Part shown: positions 47,699 to 60,618 of the stretch, piece by piece
Layout of the letters: every line of letters begins with the position of its first letter
How positions within the stretch are numbered: the stretch's first letter is position 1
Origin: Ginglymostoma cirratum
Lineage: Eukaryota
Length of the DNA stretch: 64,000 nt
Direction: 5' to 3'
NCBI GenBank assembly: GCA_024137785.1
Contig: JAHRHZ010000271.1
Location: forward strand, 18,211,151-18,275,150
Made by a program: the position numbers and the translations under genes
Notes under the pieces: model-generated
Seen by the model: only the letters and a program-made list of their open reading frames with translations
Databases searched by the model: none
Told to the model about the DNA's origin: nothing

Positions 47699-50600
47699 TT
47701 GTTCATGAATAAGACCGACAAAAAGGCGCAGTTTGACAGAAATATTGTGAATGGAAACATATAGGCCAGGATAGCAAATTCTGGAGACCTACTTCGAGAC
47801 CACAAAGATAGTATAAGTTAGTTCTCTGATTTATAGCAATGACAACGTGAGGTTGATCTTCACTTCAGTTTTTGGGTAGACCTAGGTCTTTTATATTAGA
47901 AGTCCTTCTTTAGAGTGTCTAGATTTTTTTTACCTTTTTCACTCTCAGAGAAATGGTGAGTTACTTATTGATTAACAGTATCTGGTTCTCTCTGAGTGCA
48001 CTGCATTCACAGGTTGTAATAAACTGCAGCTGCACCAATCCAGAGGATATCATTCAGCAGTTTTTCCTCAACTTAATGTACTTGGAGCCACATGATCTCA
48101 TAAAGTGTCCATCTCACTGCTTAGAAAAGTAACATAATCTTGTATAGCTAAAATGTACACCACACAATCATACTTGATCATCAGATTACAGAAAAAGAAA
48201 CTTCCTGATACCTCTTAGCAACAAAGAACTGTCCCACTTCCATTTTCCAGTTTTAGCCCAAAAGGGAAAAAGATGCAATCCCTTAAATTAGTTAATAATA
48301 ATTATGGCCCCAGACAATTATTTTGAATGGAAATCCACTTTTTCAGATTTATGGATGTATCTTCCAAGAATGCTAAGCTAGGACAGAAGCTTGCATAAAG
48401 TATCAAAATTGCTGTGTTGAGTGGAAATACGCCAACATGTATCCAAATATTCTGAAGTGAATTTGTAGTTTTTCCATTTAAATCTTCTAAATGGCAATCC
48501 ATACAAGGCAAGTTTTCTTTTACAACTCCAGTATCTACTGTTTGTTTCTAAAGAATTTAAAAGAGGCTTAATACTTGCAACCTAGTATTTTCAGTTTTTT
48601 AGTATAACCTGTCTTGTGAATACAACACGTCATCAAAAAAAACTTTTTCCAATGATTAGATTTTCAAATTGAAGAATACTTTGTCCATTCCTGATCATTT
48701 TGCACAGTTAGAGGATAACATATAGTTCTGTAGATCAAGTGTCAGCCATCAGATATATGTTTGCTGCAAAAAATGTTTTCTATTTGACTGTGTCCTGGGG
48801 AAATTATTGTACTGATGTGTTAATGTAATGAGAAAACTTAAAGTCTGCTGGATATTTGTTAACAGGGTACTCCTAATAATAATACATTGATAGTTGATGG
48901 GGAGATCTTATGATTTTCATGTAGTGCATTGGGAAATTGAGGTGCAAAGTTGCATGTACTAACCTGAGTTTGGTTGAGTGGTAAAGGTGCATACAGGAAA
49001 ACTTCAGCAGAACCAACAAATGTTATAACTATAATAATGAAATCAATTGTAATTAAACTCACATAGGAAAGTACAGATGAAGTGCTAGGAGGCGAAGATA
49101 AGATGTACATGACAAATTTTAGGATGTAAACCAAATCTTTGTTATTAAGATAGCAACAAATGTGATTCCACTACAATATAAATTTCTTATATACCACAAA
49201 GGATCATGTGATCAGATTGGATTAATCAATGGGGGGAAATGTGAGGTTTGGGGACAACCTTGCAAATACGCAGATCCGCAGTAGAGAATCTGAGGATATT
49301 GAGGAGTGAGCATATGCTGTAAATCTGAGGTAGCAATCGACAAAGTAAAATGGATAGGTTGAATGAAAGATAAAAATATATTTTAAACATAGGGATTTTA
49401 CTTTAATTCATTGTGGTTTAACACTTTTGAGCTGCTGTGTTTTGGTGGCAAGAAAACAGGTTGTGGTCTTGTTTTGTAGATAGAACATTGCACAAAATAA
49501 ACATGGTGCCAAGTAGGCAGCATGTTTTTTTTATTCCCCAGAGACTGACTGTGGCATAAGATTAATTCCTACACTGTTCCTTTGCTGCTTTGAAAGTAGA
49601 TTTATTATTCTTTCTTGCAGTATATTGTTCTGTTTTGGATTTTTACCTGTTAAACACCTGCAGTGTTTTGAATAAAATTTTTTTGTTTTCAGTGGTCCTG
49701 CATTCTGGTGCATAATATGTTTTGTGTGCTCTTAAAATTATTTCCAAACTTTGTCAACATATATTTTACAGTTTCATTACTGAGGCTATGGTAGCATTGC
49801 TGAGGTTGTTTTGTCAAATACTTAGAATATATTAACCAAAAGCCTCATCAGGACACAATAATTTCATTCCCATGGTTTGAAAGAATGCAGTTAATTAATT
49901 TCTCTCTTTTTCATCTCTGTAGACTGGTTCAGTGCAGTCCATACTAGTTGGTATCTGCCACATTTTTCTTTGTTTGCCTTTTGATCTATCTATTACCACC
50001 AAATCCCCAGACACTAGCAATCTCAACAATTTTCCAAGAGTCCAGAATGATATTTCCATCATCTCCCTCTCCTCATGCGAGTTCAAGGACCTTCTTGATA
50101 GTCATTCATCCTGTTCAACTAACTTACCACAAAGGTTGTAACATTGCAATTCAGCTGCTTCCATCTTGCATTCTAGGTCTAGTTTTTACATGCACACAAT
50201 GTTGTCAACCACATTTAAGCATTCTGCTTCTTAGTCAAGCTCGAATACATTTTTTTCTTTTGGCATACCAATCTTCAGAGAAAATTATGTTATCCTGACG
50301 AGACTATATTAAAGGAATCATTGTACGGATTTATTCACTTGCAAGTCACAAATTCCAACTGAGAGTTCTTGTCGGGCTTTGATGTGACTAAGCTGACCAA
50401 CTTTGTACACTGTGCAAGAGCAGAATGGGAACATTTTTTTTTTAGAAAATGATTTCATCAAATGGCATTGATCACACATAGACTAATACAAACTGGGCTT
50501 CTTTCATATTTGCACATAACATGAGTATCTTGTTTTACCAATGCACAAAGGTCCCTATTTTGTAGTTTGCTTATAAAATCCAGTGTTAGAAAGATTAGAC

Positions 50601-53600
50601 ATTTTCTAAGCAGTTTATCAACTGTGTTAACTACAACATAACTGCCTTCCAGAATTAGATCTGCTTTACAACTGTTTTTATGGTGCCACGTTTAGAAATT
50701 TAATAGCAGTCACCTACTCCCATTCTACACTGACATTTGGGTTCACTTCTAAATTGTATAACCCGTTATTTTACTCACGTTTGGGAAACTATTTAAAATA
50801 TCATTTTGCATGTGAGGTATAATTAAGAGTCTAGCTCTACAATATATTTTATTGATGTGTGGGGCAGGATTGCTTCTGCCCTGATCAGGGTTCATCAGAT
50901 TTGAAAAGTAAATTATTCTTAATTTATGTAAAATCAGAAGGAACAGAATCTTCCCTCAGCTCTACACTTTTCATGATCGCCTCTTACTCCTAATACAATC
51001 ACCCTTTTGTTTTTATCACTTGAATTGGAAAGCAAAGCACCATTCCCACAGTAATTGTCATTATTGAAAACTTAACAGTAAAATTCTTGGCATACCCACC
51101 TATAGCACCAGATAGAATGTTGACCCCCCAGCTTAGGCAGGGAGGAATGAGCAAGATGTTCCCACTCCTGATTACTATTCACAGCTGAAAAATGCACTCA
51201 TGAACATTGGGCGATTAAACTTGGCTGTGTTGAGATTCATGAAGAATGCTTTTCTTCTCCAATATGAATGGTCAAACAAGAGAGCAGATTATTTGGGAAG
51301 AAGGACGGGAGAAGGAAATGGACAAAATAGCCAAAATGCTGTAGCACTAGAAGTTATTTCTAAGGTCATTACCACAAACCTTTTGAACCCACTTGCACTG
51401 TACAGTTTGTAACAATGTTGCAAATGTCATCTCTAGTATTGATTGTTGAAATCTGTCATCATTGTTTTACTATATTTTAAGTTTTGACAGGCAAAGTGTC
51501 ATCTAACTATATTTTCTTTTGATGAATTTTACATTCATTTTATTTTTAATTTTGTAAAGGATCTCTCATTTTCTTAATCATAGTAGTTGTTCTTTTCTTG
51601 GAGTTGACATGTGTCACAACAGATCTACATCTTATTCAGTGTTACAAGGAAACATGCACTCATGTTTACTTGAATAGAGGCTTTTTATTGCAGGAATTTC
51701 TGCAGAATGCCAAGTATGCTTTCATTAGTCCAAAATCCTTTGCCACCCACCACTCCATTTCCACTTGTGCTAAACAAACAAAATAATACTACTTAACAGA
51801 TGTCCACTTAATCCATTCAGAAGAAAATGGATCATTTGGATGTTGATATTTTCACTTGCAATTTGGTATGTAGCAAACTCCCATTCTTTTATTCCTGAGG
51901 AATAAATAAACAGGTTTTCAATATCTTTTATCTAATTTACCTTACTACTCAGGCGAAGCCTCATTTTACCTAATGATGGCCTTTTTCCATTCTAGTCCCC
52001 TCTTCAACCATCTCTACCACCATAATTGTCCCTAGTCTACACAGATTAAGGAGAACGTTGTACAGACTTAGCAGGTAAACATGACTTCACCTGCTCTCAT
52101 TCAGCCTCAAACATTGGACAAGCATTAGTATTTTTCTGTCCTTCCGTTGTATTACTTCCACTTGTGCCAAGCTGTCTCTAAATTTCCATGTGTAACTAGA
52201 GCATTGTGTCAACCAGTGTGTCTTATTTTTATTTGTACATCCTGTAGAAGAATTTTAATTTCAACAATGCTGAACATAAAATTACTACAAACTTAGGTCA
52301 AAACTGGCAAAATAAATTACTTTCAAAATAGTTATCAGTCATTCAGTTATATAGTTATGATGCTTTAAACAATTTAAAGTAGTTTTTTTATTTAGAGAAT
52401 GAGCATCTAATTTGCATTAAGCTACATTTCTGATAAATAACAATCTATCTGTGGTTGAAATGTTAAACACAGCAACTCTGTATCAAGTTTAATCTCCATC
52501 AAACTTTTCATTGTTGGCCTGAAATTTGATATCATTTGTAGAATATAATATCCCAGTGACATCTTGGAGGTGAAGATTATCAAAAAAAAAATTAATTTCT
52601 TGGATTCTTCTTATTTAAAATTTAGAGAATTCTCTCAGCCAGCACCATACCTATTTGAAAGTGAAGATGTAACATTCAAGTTGCCCTTTTATTTATCCCA
52701 GAGACTTTCGTCTGGTGACCCTTTAGAATGTTGACCTCATTTTCTAAAATTCCAGGACTACTGCCTTAATTAGCAGTCATTTATTTGGGCCTTATTCTGT
52801 CACCGTAGGAATTTATTAGTGAGAAGCAACTAGAGCCAAAATCTGTGCTTTTCACAGAATTGTTTGACATTGGATGGTAATACATTCAGTGAAGCTGTGT
52901 TTCAAAACCAGTTGCTAATGAAGTGCGACAGAAAGTACAAAGCAAAGAGATTCTAAAAGGTTGAGGTGTAACATAGATTGGCCAAATCATTATTGAGAAT
53001 AGTTACAATAGAACCTAGTTGTGTTTTATTTCATTGTACCTTGTCCCTAAAATTGTACAAAGATGTAAAGTTTTATTGCTGGAACTTTATCAGGGTTCCA
53101 ACTTAGTTTGTGCTGCATAAGCTTTAATGTCCACACCTCTTGCTCTTCCTGTGCTTTTCTTTTTGCAAAATTTCAAGGTAGAAGTTTGTTACTTGATATC
53201 GGATTAACTGCCCATGATAGGCCACACCCACACAATGACATGGGTTAAGGTGGCCTGTGAACTACAACCCATTTGTGCTATTACTAGAGATTAATTTATA
53301 CCCTTCAGTGTCCATATTTTCATCCCTGTCTTGTGCTTTTAATTTATTTATTTTTTGTCTACCTGAGTATATCAGTATTCTTCAGGAGCTCCGTTAGGAT
53401 GCAGTAACTGATTGTCCGATCTGCATAAGAATAAATATTTCACAACAACTTCAGGGTTAGAGATTTCTAATGAATAGAGTAGTCTATGATATGAAAACTA
53501 ATTGATTACATGGCTTGACAAACGTTGTTAACTGAATCAAAGTATATATAAGTTTGAAGAAGGGGTTTGCCCTAGTTTTCAAATTTCAAATTATTATGCT

Positions 53601-54019
53601 AAAGCAACAATTTTTCTCAGCTTGTCGAATCAGATTTCCACTTTTGACACAGTACTGAAATGGCTCTCGCCGATTAACCAGTGAAAACCTATGCAAGTGT
53701 GACAGAGGTAAATTATTAATTTGCAGCCTATCTGAAGCCCTTGATATGCTTCACTACAAAATCCTAAATTATGTCTATCCCCCATTATGCAGCAGGGTCC
53801 ATTCCTACCTATTCAACCAGGGTCATAGAATCATCTGCGAAGACTTCTCTTCCTGATGCTGCAATATTAACTTAGGTAACTCTCCAAAGGTCTTTCCGTG
53901 ATGCCCCCCTTTTTCCAACATGCATCTACTTGTTGTTGATTTAAAACAGCAGTTGCTTCTATATGTTTACTTATAGCAACTGACTTTACCTCACCACTAC
54001 TACTCTTGACTTCCCTTCC

Positions 54020-54545
54020 GTCTTTAAATTATCAGACCACTCATCCAATATCCAGTGCTGCTTGTATCTCAAAATTCTGACAGTCTCATTCACCTATCTC
54101 CTAGGACCCACAGACCTGCATTAGCTGCCTGTTAAGCAGTGCCTTCATTTTAAAAATGTTCATCTTACTTCAAATCTCTCCGTGGCATTGCTTCCCTTCT
54201 CTCTCTTATCTCTTATCTCTTCCATGTTTCCAAGATTCCTCACTCCTTCAATTCTGGTCTCTTGAACATTTTGCTTTTATTAGATCCACCATCGGTAGTT
54301 GTGCCTTCAGCTGCCAAGGCCACAATTCTAAGATTTCACCCCTAAGCCTCCTTTCTTCTTTGTTGCCATCTCGCTCCATTCTTTCAATCACTCATTAAAA
54401 CTTCCCTCATTGCAGCTTTTCTGAACCGCCCTAACATCTCCTAATGTGGCTTGCTGACAGAAATGTTTGGTAATGCTCCTGCAAAGCATCTTGGCAAGTT
54501 CCACCATGCCAAAGGCAGTGTAGTATTACAACTTACTGTTGTTGG
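54020..54545 (+). mobile_element. L2-type LINE 3' end (similar relics at about 12720-13010, 31400-31740, 36870-37170, 39690-39980 and 54880-55210)
   Basis: Shows ccaccatcggtagttgtgccttcagctgccaaggc (IGxxAFS-like) and an L2-style tail ctcctgcaaagcatcttggcaagttccaccatgccaaaggcagtgtagtattacaacttactgttgtt. Confidence 0.6.
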
Positions 54546-55249
54546 ACAATCATGTTAATGCCAAGCCTTGGTGTAACTCTATCATTGAGAAAACAGAAGG
54601 GTGGAATTAGATTTTGCCAGTGGCTTGAAACTGGGTCAGAGTGAATCAATAGCATATTTTACACAGCTCCTGATTTTGCTTCCAGTTACTTCAATCAAAA
54701 CTAAAATCAGACACTGTGCCAAATTGCCAAATTGCTCCGAGTACTTTTCCCACTACTGGCAGGAAATGCCAATTCATCCCCAAAAAATGCATAACCTCTT
54801 GGAACTTGTGATTTGAGTTTTTTTTTTTTGGAAATGATTATTTTTAGATATACATTGATAGTTTTCTCCGTGCTACAAGAATAACAATGATTTGCATTTA
54901 TATGATGCCTTTAATGTAGAAAGACGTCCTTATGTTCTAAGTCATAACCAGAAGTAAACAGGTTTCAAGCTAATAATGGAGTCAAGAAAGGAGAAGCCTG
55001 AACTGTATCAAAGGCGCATATTTTAAAGAGGACCTTAGAAGGGACGGAAAATTAGTGTGTGGAACTCATGTGGTTGAAGGCATAGCTGCCAGTCGAGAGA
55101 GTATGGAAGAGAGCACTGCAACTAAGGGTCAACGCAAGAAAAGGAGTTTGGGGAGGTGAAAGGGCTGGAGGGTGTTACACACATAAGTAGGGGACAAGGC
55201 TCGAAAGGACATAAGCGCTCATCTGTTTAGGTTATGGTTATTTTTGTTG

Positions 55250-56095
55250 GACCTTGACACTCACTAATCTGTAGACCTTCTTTCTTTTCCTCAAGCATTG
55301 GCGGTGTATTGAAATCAGGAATGCTTTGCTCTTGCACTTTGGTAGCTCCTGGACTACTTGATCATTCTCGTCAAACTAAACTAGATGTTCCCTGGTGGAG
55401 AAACCCAAAGTCTCCTCAGAAATTCTTCCTTAAGGTTTAAGGATAGACCAGGCACTATGGTTGGCTGTGAGGCACTGAATAGACCATCATGGAGCTCTTG
55501 AATCCACTGACATTGAATTTTCTGCAACTATACTTGTGATGTATTGCTATTTTTGGGCCAGCCTGATATAAATAGTTGACCAGATTGGATTAGTCGATGG
55601 TCACTCCAGCATTCACCAAGTCCTGTCATGGCCCAGGTGATATGGACACCTTTGTGGTTCCTCATTTGGACAATGATGTGCTAAGTAGGTGCCAGAGTGT
55701 TACCAAGAGGTCTTGTATTTGTTTCTTTGGAAAGATGGTGTGTATGTTATCACCAAAACATGTTCCAGGCATTTCATCAGCAGAAGAACTCCATTGCTGT
55801 TTGCTTTCCCTAGGCATCATTTTGCCAGTCGTGAATTTCAAAAGCTCTGAATCTCTCCCGACTCTGGTGTAGAACTCAACAAGGAGAATCATCTTGTCTC
55901 CTTTGGGGTACAAAGCAATGATTGGCTAATAAACGAGGCTAATATAGAATTTCACTATGCTCTCACCAGTCGCATCTAGGGTTAGGATGTAGGTACTGAG
56001 GACCGTGGTGTACTGAATCTGGATTGGGATGAGTCATTCGGCTATCCCACAAGAGGGCTCACTTAGTTGGTCAGCTAGTTTGTTTTTTATGAATC
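55250..56095 (-). mobile_element. RTE-clade LINE relic (APE endonuclease region)
   Basis: The minus strand gives PKGDKMILLVEFYTRVGRD (cf. DKLILLGDFNARVG), WHLL and AMTGLGECWSDHRLI, which are typical RTE APE motifs. Confidence 0.75.
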
Positions 56096-56749
56096 TCAAT
56101 ATTTAATGACATGTTTGTTGATTTGCTAACACAAAAGCAACTACAAAATCGGCAAACTCAAAGTGATAAATAGTTCTCTGAAATTCAGGTGGAACTATAT
56201 TGGGAGGATTGGCCAACCATTATTGGGAGGGAATGTTACCAATCTTGAATGAAGAATGGAATACTTTTAAAATCACATTAATCCAAAAAAAGTGTATATC
56301 CAAAAAAATACATATATCCAGAATGAAAAGAAGATCATCTGGTAATACAGTGGTTAACTGGCATGAAGTGATTTGACAAAAGTGCATTTGCAGACTGTAA
56401 GAAAATAGTTCTCATGAAAACAGGCATGGATATTGAGTTCAGTCTGTTGTAAGAGATGCCAAGAAGATCATTGGAGATTGACCAAGGATAGCTGAGCTAG
56501 CAATTGTAACTGTTATTTTCCAGTAGTATTTAGAGTCACAGGGCTATTAAGATCTACTCACAGTTGTTGAGGGATTCATTGGGGGATATTTGGATGGAAC
56601 CCCAGGATCTAGTTGAAATTTTTAAATGCTTCTTCATTTCGGTCCACACTCTAGCAAGTGATGCCCAGCTGTCAAAAATGCAGTGTGAAATTGACTATAA
56701 AGTGTAGCTTTCTAAGTGGATATAGATGTGGTCCTGAAAATTTTTTGCC

Positions 56750-56832
56750 TAATCTCTGGAGCAGTGGGACTTGAATCCAGGCATCCTGGTCCAGAGGTAG
56801 AGATACTATTATTGCACCACAAGAGGGCCCTT
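56750..56832 (-). mobile_element. tRNA-derived SINE head fragment
   Basis: The minus strand reads gggccctcttgtggtgcaataatagtatctctacctctggaccaggatgcctggattcaagtcccac, with A-box- and B-box-like motifs. Confidence 0.6.
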
Positions 56833-57807
56833 CCTGAATAGACATGCTGCTAATCTGAATGGCGTTCACCATAACGTGCTTGAAGAAAGAGTTGTGTGCT
56901 GTGAACTGTTGCTTATAGATTTTCCGGTTAACCAGGATGTAAGATTGTTCAAACAGACTGATTTGATTTTGATTTTATTGTTACATGTATTTTACATAAG
57001 AATGCAATAAAATACAGTGAAAAGCTTTTATTTGTCACTACAATACAGCACCATTTTGAATAATTTAAGAATAAGGGGGGGAAGAAAGAAAGATGTAGCT
57101 TGAAGAGGGTCCATCAGGCAGTCCAGAGTCAGCTCATCAACAGCAACGGCGTCTGTGCCGCCACTTCTTCACCATCTACACCAGACCAACCAATATTGAA
57201 ATTGCCTATCCTCAGGCTCAGTCTTTGCCACTGGGCCGATACTCCTCCACCGTGGCCGAATGGAAGTTGGCTTTGCGTTGCCAACGTTTTTAAAAAAAAT
57301 TACAAATTTGTAATATTTTCCTCGTGGAAAATGAATATTAGGGAGTTACAGTGAAGTGATTAAAATGCACGGACTCTTCCTGCCCTGTTCTGACTGTTTG
57401 CCATATTAAATTAAATTCACTGTGTCCCATTGATATATGCACTTGGGCTTTGATATTGTCCATCTAGATATAATAATTGAATTGGTAAGGTTATGAATAA
57501 TTAGTGAACTTGTATATAAATTATGTGAGCATAGACCTAGCTTATATATTCCTTTTCTCTTCATGTTAGTTTGTTATTGTTTTTAAGAATATTAGTGACC
57601 TTTGGAACCAATTGCAAATTTATAGATTAAGTGCATAATCAGTCAGTTCCAAAGGGAGCAGGGTTGGTTCCTAATTGTGACTATTGATAAGGGTGGGACG
57701 TCTCATATTTATTTTAATCTCCTGGAATAGCTTTTTTTCACCTTTTCAGGTGCGAGAACAATCTGTCTGATTCTGTGGGACTTGAAATGTCAAGCTAATT
57801 TATCTCC

Positions 57808-57895
57808 CCACAAATGCAGCTGGACCTGCTGAGTTTCTCTAGGACTTCAATTTTTTTTTCAGATTTCCAGCATCTTCAGCATTTTGCCTTTACTG
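57808..57895 (+). mobile_element. Old Penelope pLTR tail remnant
   Basis: gctggacctgctgagtttctctagg...tttcagatttccagcatcttcagcattttgcc resembles the pLTR 3' end. Confidence 0.55.
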
Positions 57896-60001
57896 TATTT
57901 AACAAATTATATTTTCACATCAGAATGGTTCAACAGGCAGCGACAAACAAATGAACAATAGAAAATTTATTGTTAAACCACCAGCAAGAACTTCACTTTA
58001 TTTATCAGACCATATAGTGGAAAAAATACATCAGAATGTAGAAATGAAACTGAGAAATTCACGTTCTTTCTGGCATAAACTAATAAGGATTAGTATAGCT
58101 GGCTTCCAGCTGAAATTCTCTGTTAGGTTTGTGTGTATCAATGAAGTCTTAAGTGTTGGCCTACTATAGGCTTTTTTTACTCACTGAATTTTATGCATCT
58201 GATTCTGTCGACCATTGTGCCAAGGAGGAAGTGGCTATGCTGACTCATAATCACATTTGAAGTTGACTCATCTGTTTTCCACATAGTTGCAGTTTGGAAC
58301 AAGCAGTCTTGTCAAGCACTGTGATGTTTTACTATAGAAATCTATTTAATAAATCTTTCTGGCAAGGGAAATATTGTGTGGAGCCAATGATCACATGTAG
58401 GCTTCCCTTCAGTTTACATGCTATGAACTGAAATCTAGAACTTTTAAAGTGCTTAGATTATACAAGTAGCATTTTGTTTTCAGAATATTTGCTATTGCAG
58501 TGAATAGTTAAACTCTTTTCATATATACAGGTCTGTATGGACAGTGTGTATTTGCAAACTCTGAATATGACATGTCTTTATCGCCAATTGATTGATGTGG
58601 GTGGGGAAATCCTTGCATATGAGCAACATGGTTCAAGAGTTATTTCCTGTCCCACTGACCGCCTGAAATCAATCATAGTGATCAACCTGACATGAGGGAA
58701 TGCTTGAAATAGTCTTTCGTCTGAAGCAGGGACTCAGAACAAATTTTAAAAAGTCATGATTCAAATTCATTGTTCCATTTCCAGTGTTGAATGTGTGCTA
58801 AGTCAAATCTGCAGATGATCCCGCTCTCCTTACTTTTATTAGTTCAGAAATGTGAAAAAGGAACCAGGCAGACTTATATCAAGTTTGAAAGAATTAAACA
58901 GAGCAACTTCGATAGATGGATCAGAGCATTCAAGATAGAAAAGACATATGACGATCTTTCAGATGTCATTTTGCTAGAGGAGTTTAAAAATTCACTTCCA
59001 GAAATGATAAGAACTCCTGTTAAAGAGCAGAAAGTTAAAACAGCAAAAAGTGCTGCAGAGATGGCGGATGAATCCGCATTGGGCATAAATCAATACCTAG
59101 CTTCCAACAGCAATTTCATTCCATGAGGGATAGAAATTGTGAAAAAGAGAGATCCTCCAATGAAAAACAAAACATAGATCAGACTGGGAACTGTTTATCA
59201 CGTGGAAAAAAGAAACCCAAGAGGGCGCAAAAAATGCGAAAAGCCTCAGGTGTTTCCACTGTAATAGAAGGGGACACACAAAGTCACAGTGCTGGTGGCT
59301 TATAAGAGGCACTGGGGAAAAAGGATGCGTAAAAGAGGCTAAACCAGTGGGATTAGTTGAGGTAGTGAAGCAAATCCTAAGAGAAGTCGAGAAGCTGCAG
59401 GAAAGTGCACAGCCTAGTCGCAGGCTGGATAGTGAGATAGTGCCTGACCTCTCCAAAGACTTCATCCTGTGGTTAAGGTTTACTCAGGAATAATGGGGAG
59501 AAGGTAAAGTTAAAATGTTGAGAGATATGGGAGCTGGTCAGTCTCTAATAGTAAGAGATGAAAGTATTTGCACTCTTTCTGAAATGTTGTCTTAGAGAGC
59601 GATGATATTTGAATAAATGGAGAGAAATTTAATATTCCCTTTTGTAGGATAAGTCTGGAAAGTCCAGTCAAAACTGGGGAAGTGACAGTGAGAGTGATTT
59701 AAAAGCGTGTCTAGTCAAGGAATACAGTTTGTTCTTGAAAACAACCTAGCCGGATCAAAGGTGGGAGTGATGCCCATTGTAGTGGAAAAGCCAAAAGCAA
59801 GCTAGGGGACTGAAGAGTTAAACGAATAATGCCTTGGAATTATTCCAGACTGTGTGGTGACAAGATCCCACAGTCATAAGTTAAAGCAAGAAGGGAAAAC
59901 CAAAGAAAAAGATGAAGGAGATGAGGTCCAGTTGGCTGACAGAACAAGGTGTGGAGCTGGATGAACACAGCAGGCCAGGCAGCATCAGAGGAGCAGGAAA
60001 G

Positions 60002-60401
60002 NNNNNNNNNNNNNNNNNNNNNNNNNNNNNNNNNNNNNNNNNNNNNNNNNNNNNNNNNNNNNNNNNNNNNNNNNNNNNNNNNNNNNNNNNNNNNNNNNNN
60101 NNNNNNNNNNNNNNNNNNNNNNNNNNNNNNNNNNNNNNNNNNNNNNNNNNNNNNNNNNNNNNNNNNNNNNNNNNNNNNNNNNNNNNNNNNNNNNNNNNNN
60201 NNNNNNNNNNNNNNNNNNNNNNNNNNNNNNNNNNNNNNNNNNNNNNNNNNNNNNNNNNNNNNNNNNNNNNNNNNNNNNNNNNNNNNNNNNNNNNNNNNNN
60301 NNNNNNNNNNNNNNNNNNNNNNNNNNNNNNNNNNNNNNNNNNNNNNNNNNNNNNNNNNNNNNNNNNNNNNNNNNNNNNNNNNNNNNNNNNNNNNNNNNNN
60401 N
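60002..60401. other. Assembly gap (400 N)
   Basis: Run of N. Confidence 1.
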
Positions 60402-60590
60402 GACCTGTCCGTCCTCCCTGGACTGACCTATCTCCTCCCTACCCCCCTACCTACACTCACCTTTACTGGCTCCATCCCCGCCTCTTCGACTTGTCTGCCT
60501 CCTCTCCACCTATCCTCTCCTCTATCCATCTTCTATCCGCCTCCCCCTCTCTCCCTATTTATTTCAGAACCCTCTTCCCCTCCCCAATTT

Positions 60591-60618
60591 CTGATGAAGG
60601 GTTTAGGCCCGAAACGTC
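60591..60618 (+). ncRNA. Minimal type I hammerhead ribozyme motif (sense to the host gene)
   Basis: CTGATGA A GGG TTTAGG CCC GAAA CG TC, with stem I aattt/aagtt. Confidence 0.8.

Noticed and set aside
57750-57770. Strong acceptor ttttttcaccttttcag followed by VREQSV*
   Set aside because: Too short, with no homology, and adjacent to a Penelope remnant; indistinguishable from a cryptic site.
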